From Octopus bimaculoides (lineage: Eukaryota), in NCBI RefSeq assembly GCF_001194135.2, contig NC_068991.1:23060694-23124693 (forward strand): a DNA stretch of 64,000 nt, written 5' to 3'. Made by a program: the position numbers and the translations under genes. The notes below the pieces were generated by a model, which was not told where the DNA came from, searched no databases, and saw only the letters and a list, made by a program, of their open reading frames with translations. Below, in pieces: positions 51,601 to 61,389 of this stretch (within the stretch, counting starts at the first letter, position 1; every line of letters starts with the position of its first letter).

Positions 51601-54600
51601 AGACTGATTCTGGTCAATAGTCAGGCCGTGTTAAAGAAGCAAATAAAATACTCCTGTTAAACAACAATGCCTAATTTCTTAATTGATTCCTTCTGTTGTA
51701 AGCATCAAAGATAGGTTTCCAATATGAGGATAACTTTCTCCCTTCCTTGTTCTAGTCATAGAGGCCCTCAAAGCAGTCATAAGCACTACCATTCCTCCTC
51801 AAAATGAAGGCATTAAAACAAATTGTAGGCTATAAACTTTAGATTTTTAGGTTGAATTTACACACTGACTTTCTATAAACCCTATCATACCTATTGATTT
51901 TAAAATTTCTGAAAACAAATGTGCTACATTGAACATAGTGGGAAATGAACTGAACAGGTGATAAAGTTCCATGGCATTCCTGAAGATGTTGAACCAATGG
52001 ATTTTTCTCAAATATTAACCACCTGGGCCATTGTCAACTTGAAAAGAGCTGACTGGAACTACTTGATAATAGTAGCAACAATGAACCAACAAGAAAGCTT
52101 CTATGTAGTTGTTCAACCTACCAGAGTAGCTACTAAATCATGCCCTATCATCTTAAAAAGGAATGACATTGGTCAATGTAATCCTAAATACACAATAAGA
52201 GAGAATGCTTTTGCTCAATCAAGGCAGGCCTGGGGCTAAACAACACTATAATGACTGCTCTAAGGCTGATATCATGACAGCCTTTGTTGAAATGAAATGA
52301 AACTGTGAAGTATGAAAAGTAATTATGCAAGTAACAGTATATGATTTGCATATAATTTGACAGCCAATAAAACAAAGGAGCTAATTTGCAGTCACTCAGT
52401 CTGATAAAAGTACAGCCAAATCTCCCTCAAATTAGATTCTATTGCCTTGAGAATGAAATGACACAATGTATAACATAGTTCTAAATACACAATACCTGAG
52501 AGACAGCATAATCATGGAAGGAATACCCTTGGGTATAGCTCTGCTCAGTTAGAAGCAACTTGGGGTTGGAGCTAAACAACAACAATACAAATAATGTCAA
52601 AAAGAAAAAAACAAGATAAATGTAAAAGAGTCAACATACCATTTTGACCCCTTCAAGAATGACTATATCTTTGATGTGGGTCATGTCAATAAATTTGGTG
52701 GTGCAATGACCAAACAGGAACTTTGTTTCAATCTGGACACCAATGGCAGTCAGAAACAAGACTGACTCTGTGTGTAGAAAGAAAGAAAATAAGAGATAGT
52801 TTGTAGTTATCATATTTCATATCATACAGTCAATGTTTATTTGATGGTTCACCATCAATCCTGCATTGTAGAGTAACACTTGAATAATCATTTGATATAT
52901 GTACAAGGTCAGATAATATGGAAGAAGGGGAAGGGAATCTAACTGATTGAGATCAACACCAGTAATTATTTTATGGTCCTTCGAAGAATGAAAAATAAAG
53001 GTGATTACAGTGTAACTACATATTGTAAGTTAATTTGTCTGTCATTTGATTACACTAATATTAATAATAATGATTCCTAACATTAATATGATTCTGAGAT
53101 CAATGTGCTACCCTTTGAGGTTAATGTTATAATAATAATTGTTTCTAATGTAGGCATAAGGCCAGAAATTTGGGTGACGAAGAAAATCAAATATATGACT
53201 TTGGTACTTTATTTTATTGATGTCTAAGAGATGACTTTGGTACTTTATTTTATTGATATCTAAGAGATTACTTTGGTACTTTATTTTATTGATATCTGAG
53301 AGATGAAAGGAGAAGTTGACCTTGACGGGATTGGAATTCAGAATGATTCTGTTGATTCACCACCACATTGATCTCTAATATAAGCACAAATCAAATAGAG
53401 ACCAAGGAGCACTTGATCACATTGATTCCAGTATTTGACTGGTACTTAATTTTATTGATCATAGAAGGATGCAAAGCAAAGTTGATCTCAGTAGGATTTG
53501 AATGCAGAATGTAAAGAACCTGAACTAAATACTGTTAGATATTTTGTCCAAGAATTCCACCCTAATAATAATTTGTTACATAAACAAAAGACCAGAAATT
53601 TGTGAGGAAGGTATGGTCAATTATATCAGAGTACTTGACTGCCGCTAATCTTATCAATCACAGAAAGAGGGAATGCAAAATTGACACTGGTATTATTTGA
53701 ACTTAAAAAAGAAGAAAATAACTAAATGCAATGATTTCTTATGTTGACACAAGGCCACACATTATAGGAGAGAAGCACAGTTAAATTAATCAATTCTAGT
53801 ACCTTACTAGCACTCAATGCATTTTACTTGACAATTTCTAGCATTGATATAAAGCCATACACATTTAAGGATGATCAAATTCAACCTCATAATTAACATC
53901 CCCTGAAGAACAAAAGGCAAAGTTATCACCATAATACAAACTATTGTTTCTAACAAAAATAAAAGGCTAGAAATTTGAGAGAAGGAAGGAAACAGTTGAT
54001 TATATTGACTCTAGTACATGATTGGTACTTAACATTATTGATGCTAGAGGAACGAGGCAGAGTTCTATGGCTGGATGCCCTTCAAGCAAGGTAATATTTT
54101 CCCATGGCCAGACATGTTTTTGCAGAACATCAGAAATTAAATGACACTTCTTATAAGACAATGACATTCATTTACAACTATCACACAATGTCAAGACAAG
54201 GAGACACAGACATACACATGATGGGCTTCTAAGTTTCTGTCGACCAAATCTACTCACAAGGATTTGGTTGGCCCAAGGCTATAGTAGAAGATACTTGTCC
54301 AAGGTGCCATGCAATGGAACTGAACCCAAAACCATACGGTTGGGAAACTTTATTTTCATGCTTTATCAATAATGTCTTTCCAATCTCACCCAAAAATGAT
54401 TTGGTTTCACTTTCTATTGAAAGCTGATTCACATCAATCATCATCATCATTTAAAGTCAGTCTTCTATACTGGAATGGATTGGTTGATTCAACAGGATCC
54501 AGTGCACTGGAGGACTGTTACATGCTCCAGTGTCTGTTTTGGTTTAGTTTCTACAGCTGGATGCCCTTCCTAATGCCAACCACTTTACAGAGGGTACTGT

Positions 54601-55546
54601 ATGCATTTTTCATGGTAATGGCACAAGTGAGGCCACCAAGCAACTCACAAGCCAATGATACATAACCAGCCCATTTAAGAGTACCTTTCAATCATTGGAT
54701 AATAAACTACACTTGTGAAGACCTGTTGAGGCAAGTGAAATCATTGTTGTTGCCAATGACAGTACCACCTGATTGGCACCTGTGCCAGTGGAACATTAAA
54801 AGCACCATTTGAGTATGATCATTGCCAGGGCCAGTGACATGTAAGGAGCACCATTCGAGCATGATCGCTGCCAGCATCGCCTGACTGGCTCCTGTGCCAG
54901 TGGCACATAAAAAAACACCATTCGATTGTGGTCGTTACCAGTGCTGTCGGACTGGCCCTTGTGCCAGTGGCACATACAAGTATCCACTACACTGTTGGAG
55001 TGGTTGGAGTTAGGAAGAGAATCTAGCTGTAGAAACTTTGCCAGATCAGATTGGAGCCTGATGCAGCCTTCTGGCTCACCAGCCCTCAGTCAAACCGTCC
55101 AACTCATGCCAGTAAGGAAAGCAGACGTTAAACGATGATGATGATGATGTACCTGACTTGATTTTGCTTCTACTTATATTGTTAATAATCTTTGAAAAGG
55201 CACAAATTTATCAAACCCCATAGCTTATGTATAAAACTTTTATTATACCAATGAATCAAGGACTTAGATTCATAAATTCATTAACATGCTAGTTAATTAC
55301 AAAAACATCATGCTAGATATCGCAAATGTTCTTTCTGCTAAGAGAAATATTTAACAGAAGCTCCCCAATTATTCTTCAATGACCTTGTACCTGAGGAAAA
55401 ATAGTAGACATTTAATGCAAGAGAGAGAAATTGAAAATAATTCAGCTAAGAATATTTTACTTTTTACCTGTCAGAACTTTCCGGTATAGTTTGATAACAA
55501 AAACAGCAAGGAGTATAATGAAGAATATGTACAAACTACTGTCATC
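48669..55546 (-). CDS. PIGH: GPI-GlcNAc transferase subunit H (PIG-H), 5'-partial, last 4 coding exons
   Basis: Exons 55546-55468 (DDSSLYIFFIILLAVFVIKLYRKVLT, transmembrane), 52767-52640 (ESVLFLTAIGVQIETKFLFGHCTTKFIDMTHIKDIVILEGVKM), 50082-50005 (HHIIFYLALLLQKPNKVWSGILPLFT), 48746-48669 (HSWPKLCILQTLCKTVHSKFPNLGA*). Canonical splice sites, phases consistent. Resembles human PIGH ETLLIIDSLGIQ...FIEMGKVKDIVINEAI...VIYYLCILL...VPVFQSAKPRL from memory. No start-codon exon found. Confidence 0.85.
53195..53303. repeat. Three-copy 36-nt tandem repeat inside a SINE B copy
   Basis: ATGACTTTGGTACTTTATTTTATTGATRTCTAAGAG three times with small variants. Confidence 0.8.
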
Positions 55547-55629
55547 CTGAAAATAAATAAGATACAATATCAACATACATTAACATATAAATATATACAC
55601 ATACATAGCCATAACTACATGTATATATC

Positions 55630-56900
55630 TTGAGGTGGGAACAAGACTCTTGGAGTTCTGTGATACAAATGACCAAATCATCTGCAACAATAACTTCAAG
55701 AAACCTGCCAGTACCTGATCAATCTGGTGAGCACACAAGCCAGATTGACTACTTTCTCACAAGAAAGCAGGAGGGGCAGATGGTTGTAAATGCAAAGTCC
55801 TTCTCCCGTGAAGAATGTTCTACTCAACGTAGGTTAGTAGTTAGAACTGGAAGAACTTAGAGACACAAGCCAGTCTGGAAAAGAGATATATGGAAGCTTA
55901 AAGAGCAATTGAACAGTCAGAGATTTAGAGAAGTCCTAACTGAAGCATCTGATGAGCAGGAGGAAGAGGACCTATAACATACAGGAAAACTTACTGAGGG
56001 CAGGCAACAGATACCTTAGAGAGGAGTAATTACAGAATATCAAGTTGCTGGATCAGGTCACGAAAGTTACGGAAGGATTCAGATGAGAGTTAGACTAGAT
56101 GAGATGCAGTTTGGCTTTATACCAAGAAGTACTACTGATGCCCTCTTTCTAGTAAAGCAGAAGTACTTAGCCAAAAATGAACTGTTGTATTTGGCTTTGG
56201 TTGACCTAGAGCCTTTTACAAGATACCTTACACTCTAGCCTGATGGTTGCAGTGGAAGCTAAGAGTAGACAAATGGTTGGTAAGAGTCATTCAAGCTATG
56301 TACTGAGGTGCCGTCAGTATGAGAGTTAGCACTGAGTACAGCAATGAATTTAGTGTACAAGTAGGAGTTCACCAGAACTCAGCTCTCTGTCCCTTCTTAA
56401 TTATCACAGTTCTCCTGGTTATAAAAGAGGATTTTAAGACCAGTTGCCCATAGTCTCTTTTGTACTGAGAGCCTTGTTCTTATAGTGAAATCTGTAACAA
56501 AATTAAGAAAGAAATTGTAGGTGTAGAAGCAAAACCTGGAACCAACAGTCCTTAAAGTTAACTTAGCAAAAACCAAAATTCTTATTTCTTTATTGCCCAC
56601 AAGGGGCTAAACACAGAGGGGACAAACAAGGACAGACAAAGGTATTAAGTCGATTACATCGTCTCCAGTGCGTAACTGGTACTTAATTTATCGACCCCGA
56701 AAGGATGAAAGGCAAAGTCGACCTCGGCGGAATTTGAACTCAGAACGTAACGGCAGACGAAATACCGCTAAGCATTTCGTCTGGCGTGCTAATGTTTCTG
56801 CCAGCTCGCAAAAACCAAAATTCTGGTAAGCAAGAAAACAGGCAGCATGCCTTCAGTAATTGCAGGTTTTAGTTGCTGATATTCAATGAGAAAGTAGAGT
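55630..56900 (+). mobile_element. RTE-clade LINE ORF2 remnant interrupted by a SINE
   Basis: SQIDYFLTRK, DEMQFGF, STTDALFLV, LVDLE and GVHQ-like fragments. Confidence 0.8.
56583..56807 (-). mobile_element. Young SINE family B with perfect target-site duplication
   Basis: Flanked by GCAAAAACCAAAATTCT at 56566-56582 and 56808-56824. Older copies at ~5720-5850, 9060-9270, 23425-23610, 25775-25990, 38085-38350 and several at 53140-53700. Confidence 0.9.
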
Positions 56901-58189
56901 GGTAGGGTGAGTTAAATCTATATATGCATAGACACCACCTTTCAGAGTGAAGTTTAACCGGTTTAACCGGTTACTCCCAAACTTATTGATAGCATAAATG
57001 GAGGAAGATTTCTGTATCAGAGAAGTAGATGTGTGGTTTGTGTACTAGGTTGTATCAGAGTCATGGATAGTGGAGAAAAAGAAAGAGAACTGTCTTGTCA
57101 TCTAGAATTATTTTTTGCCATGACAGGAAGCATAGAGAGTGCCAGCGTATCGTGAATTCACATTAACCTCAGTTGAAAGCCTGGTCTGAATGCTTGCAAA
57201 TGACTGAACTTTGCTAAAGGCATCCAAGGGCCAAGTGGGTATAGTAAACCAGACAGTATGATGCAGCTACCAACAGGGATATATAAAAATTAAAAAAAAG
57301 GAACCTGCTGTGCTAAATGCAACTTCGTTGGTTCATAAGTCTGAAACATGATGTGTATGTGGTAAATAGGAGTAAAAACCTAGACCTAACATTATTTTCA
57401 TAAATTGTTTGATTGAAAATATTCCATACTTATTAGTAGATGCAAAATAATAAATAATAGCTAATGACTAAACATTTCGAATATATACCAGCTGACACCA
57501 TAAGCTGATTACATAACTCAAGTATGTCACATAACTCAAGTATTACACCATAAGGCCAAATACCATTCATTACAAGTTACAGTGACTACTAACTACAGTA
57601 AAACCATTTATATTGAATTATTTCAGTTCTCAAAGACTGTAAATTTAATTGTAGAAATACCTAAAGAAAACTAAAATAACTGTAATAGAAAAATAAGCCC
57701 AACTTTCAATGGCTTAAATTTTGGTGTCTAAAAGAGGATGGCATTGAGAAAATTAATGGGTTAACCGGTTACTCCCAAACTTATTTTTATTTACTCTACA
57801 ATGCATTGTGAATAAAACATTATACAACACTATATAAATAAATATACCAAAAAGAAATCTATACTTTGACCTATATATGAATAATTCAATATTTATTTTA
57901 TTACTCAATAACTGAAGCAGTTATCAAGACTAAATAGAATTTCAGTTTGTATTTTTCACATTATGTTCTCTATTAGGTTTTATTTAAAAACCATATTACT
58001 TCATAGAAGAATGTTATATTACATCTCTCAGCAAGATATAAACAGTAGCAGTACGGAACTGTAACATATATTGGCCAACTAAGTGTGGCATCCTATACAG
58101 GACAGTGCTACTGATGTTTATAGCCCCAGGAAAACATCTCCTCCAGTTGGCTAATGACACATTCTGTCTGATTAGTATTTGCCTTATGT

Positions 58190-58240
58190 GATATGCTCAG
58201 ACTTGAGTTTCTGGGTGGTTACTCGTCCTCAGTGTGTTAA
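58190..58240 (-). ncRNA. Degenerate hammerhead motif, unit 1
   Basis: Minus strand: ACACA CUGAGGA CGAGU AACC ACCCA GAAAC UCAA GUC UGAGC. Core intact; stem I and the palindrome are disrupted. Confidence 0.65.
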
Positions 58241-58526
58241 TCATCAGTTAGTGATGGAAGCTCATTCTGCTCACAAATTACTATATATTTTTCTAGCGAC
58301 TCACTGTCGCTGATCTCGTAGTAGAGAGAATGTTATATTAAATCTCTGAGTGAAATATAAACAGTAGCTGCATGGAACCATAACATATATTTGCCAACTA
58401 AGTGTGGTGCCTTTACAGGACAGTGCTACTGATGTTTATAGCCCCAGCTGGCTAACGACACACATTCTGTGTCCGATTAGTATTTGCAAGGGGAGGTTAT
58501 CACTCCCATCTCTAGCCTTATGTGAT

Positions 58527-58573
58527 ACACATGGACTCGAGTTTCTGGGTGGTTACCCATTCTCAGCATGTGT
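58527..58573 (-). ncRNA. Minimal type I hammerhead ribozyme motif, unit 2 (G8A core variant)
   Basis: Minus strand: ACACAUG CUGAGAA UGGGU AACC ACCCA GAAAC UCGA GUC CAUGUGU. Perfect 7-bp stem I, 5-bp stem II, palindromic loop 3, GUC cleavage triplet. Confidence 0.85.
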
Positions 58574-58882
58574 TAATCATCAGCTAGTGATAGAAGCTCA
58601 TTCCACTCGCAAATTACTATATATTTTTCTAGTGACTCACTATTACTGATCTCGTACAAGAGAGAGAATGTTATATCAAATCTCTGAGTGAGATCTAAAC
58701 AGTAGCAGTATGGAACCATAACATATATTTGCCAACTAAGTGTGGCATCCTATACAGGACAGTGCTACTGAGGTTTATAGCCCCAGGAAGACATGTCCTC
58801 CAGCTGGCTAACGACACACATTTTATGTCTGATTCATATTTGCAAGGGGAGGTCATCGCTCCCATCTCTAGCCTTATGTGAT

Positions 58883-58929
58883 ACACACAGACTCGAGTTT
58901 CTGGGTGGTTACCTGTCCTCAGCATGTGT
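58883..58929 (-). ncRNA. Minimal type I hammerhead ribozyme motif, unit 3 (intact core, weakened stem II)
   Basis: Minus strand: ACACAUG CUGAGGA CAGGU AACC ACCCA GAAAC UCGA GUC UGUGUGU. Stem I has two G-U pairs; stem II has two mismatches at its base. Confidence 0.82.
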
Positions 58930-59059
58930 TAAACACCAGCCAGTGATAGAAGCTCATTCCACTCGCAAATTACAATATATATTTTTCTAGCAACTCACTG
59001 TCACTGATCTTGTAGAAGAGAATGTTATAATAAATCTCTGAGCAAGTAGCTGGTGATTA

Positions 59060-59106
59060 ACACACGCTGAAGACAGGTAACCACCCAGAAACTCAAGCCT
59101 GTGTGT
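59060..59106 (+). ncRNA. Degenerate hammerhead motif, inverted unit
   Basis: Plus strand: ACACACG CUGAAGA CAGGU AACC ACCCA GAAAC UCAA GCC UGUGUGU. Cleavage triplet changed to GCC. Confidence 0.7.
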
Positions 59107-59409
59107 ATCACATTAGGCTAGAGATGGGAGTGATGACCTCCCCTTGCAAATACTAATTGGACACAATGTGTGTCATTAGTTAACTGGAGGAGATGTCTTC
59201 CTGGGGGTATGAACATCAGTAGCACTGTCCTGTATAGGATGGCACACTTAGTTGGTAAATATATGTTACGGTTCTGTACTGCTACTGTTTACATCTCGCT
59301 CAGAGATTTGATATAACATTCTCTCTCTTCTACGAGATCAGTGACAGTGAGTCGCTAGAAAAATATATAGTAATTTGCAAGTGGAATAAACTTCCATCAC
59401 AAGCTGGTA

Positions 59410-60790
59410 ATTGTTGGATTTTTTCAGCTGCTGCCTTCGTGAGTTCATTTTGCAGTAATTCTAATGTTATGCTTCTACTGTTTGTGCTTTATTCCATTGA
59501 ATTGTTGTTGAACCTGTGAAGTTTGAACCTCGGTTGTTTTGTTAACAGTTGTTTTCACCCTGCAGGGCAGAAAGTTCTGTTATGTTGGAGAACTGCGAAC
59601 TTTGATTTTTGCCCTTTTACAGGGTAAAAATTGTTCTGTTTAAAAATTATTTTTTGTAAAAGACAATTTTTTGGCAAAAAGTTTGTCAATTTTTGAAAAC
59701 ACTTTTTGAAAATTTGTGTGCTGTTAAAGGAATTTTGTATTTAATATGGAATTTTGGACTTCCCAGAGGGCAAAAAGGAAGGTGCAAAACAGGTTCAGAA
59801 GGAAAGACCCAGTTTTTCAGCTGCCATTGGCAGCAAGCAATATGGTGAATTTGAATGTATCTGTCGCAGAATTATTTAAATACTGGAATATGATTAAGAA
59901 ATCAGGGAGTGATACGAAGTTGCTCCCTCCTTAAGATATACTACAGAATATAGCTGCCAAGACTGTGGTCTATAAAACGTACAGTCTTAAGGAGAAAAAA
60001 TGTCTGTCAAAAATGAAGTAATTCAGAAATGCATGCAACCCATCTGGAATAAAACAAAAAATGTCAGAGGCAGTATAAGAAGCGCTACAGTGGAGGTACA
60101 ATTCACTGATGAGAGTACAGCAAAAGAACTGTTGACATTAACACTGAGAAATGATGAAATAATTCTCCAGCCAACTTATCTAGGCAAGAGAATGGTGAAA
60201 ATTAAAGTGAAGGAGATTCCGGTTGGTTTGGATGTGTTGTGGTTTGCAGCAGCCATAACATACGACATGGAAGAAAAAAAAACGTCAATACTACAAATAC
60301 AGAAAAAAGGAAAGGCCACTGCCTTGAAATGGTGGTCCAAGCCAGCCCCGAAATCCTTGAAGGACTTCCCGATAGGGTGTTCATAGGGAAGGAGCTGAGC
60401 ATAAGAGTGAGTGTTGAAGGACGTAGGCCACGCTATTTTAAGTGCGGTGAAAAAGGTCACGTCTGCTCAGAATGTAAAGAAAAAAAGTGCAAAGCCCCTC
60501 TTCAACAAAAATCTAAAGATACAGAAGGAAAAGGAAAGCAACCAAAAAACAAGCAGAAGTGCCCAAGGAAAGCGAACCAATAAGGCAAGAAACACCAACC
60601 ACAAAAGAAGAAATAGGATTTACATTAGTGAAATTTCAAAAAAAGAGAAAAGGCCTCAGTCCCAGACTCCCCTCCCCATACAGAAACACCTAAAGCAACC
60701 GCAGACATACAGGAAAAATCTCCTTACACCATCCCCCTGTTAAAACCCATCTCCAAACCCCACCCCAAAATACAATACAAAATTGTATCA
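59410..60790 (+). mobile_element. Decayed non-LTR retrotransposon 5' end with gag-like ORF1 (Tx1/L1-like)
   Basis: ORF pieces 59746-59934, 60000-60386 and 60239-60583 join through a stop and frameshifts. They include RRM-like ATVEVQF..., KIKVKEIP and a degenerate zinc knuckle RPRYFKCGEKGHVCSEC. No ORF2 follows. Confidence 0.65.
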
Positions 60791-61389
60791 TTTAAAGACA
60801 GCAACAAAGTTTTGTCATGAATTATACGTGCACACCATAAAGCACAAGTGTACAAAGCAAGCCAAGACTTGCCACCTCACATTCGGATGGCCAGGATGGA
60901 GGCAAGTTTGTTCAATGAACTGACACAAAGATATAAAACAAATTTTGTTGTCTGGGGAGAGTCATATTGTTTTAATGTTTTATTATCTAACACACTCACT
61001 GGTTCTATTTCCACTCATTTATTATTTATATTTTTCCTTCCAAAATTTTCGTTGCTTTTGCAACCTTGTCATTAGATGCTGAGAATCAGGTACAACAATA
61101 GGTATGTATGTATACACACATGCACATGTATAAATATGTCTATGTATGTATATATACACACACACACATCTTTTATGTTTTACTGGTTTCCGGCAGAAAC
61201 TGAGGCCATGTTAGAGCACTGCCTTGCAGTGAGTTTGGGTTTCTTTACTGTACTGTTTTTGAAGTAGTTGGATGGAACTGCTCTTTGTTCCTCCTGCAGT
61301 GTTATGGGTTCATCTGGTATCTCATAAAAATTTGTCCAGATGCTGTTTGAAGGCCTCCACATCTACACCTCACAAATTTATGGGGTTGT

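Larger units (their letters stand above)
58008..59412. repeat. Tandem array of ~350-nt hammerhead-containing units (retrozyme-like): three direct units, a short partial unit and one inverted unit
   Basis: Units start at AGAATGTTATA at 58008 (319 nt), 58327 (338 nt), 58665 (354 nt) and 59019 (partial to ~59046). An inverted unit spans ~59047-59412. Length differences are explained by internal deletions in units 1 and 2. Confidence 0.92.

Noticed and set aside
50940-52239. ORFs 50940-51224 (-) and 51958-52239 (+) as separate genes
   Set aside because: No recognisable homology or splice-consistent partner exons; both lie inside a PIGH intron.
3464-55467. U12-type (minor) introns
   Set aside because: No donor in the four genes matches GTATCCTT or ATATCCTT.
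58008-59412. The array as a CRISPR locus or as coding repeats (ORFs 58404-58649, 58695-58925, 58793-58990)
   Set aside because: No short repeat/unique spacer structure, no cas genes, eukaryotic context. The ORFs are not preserved between units.
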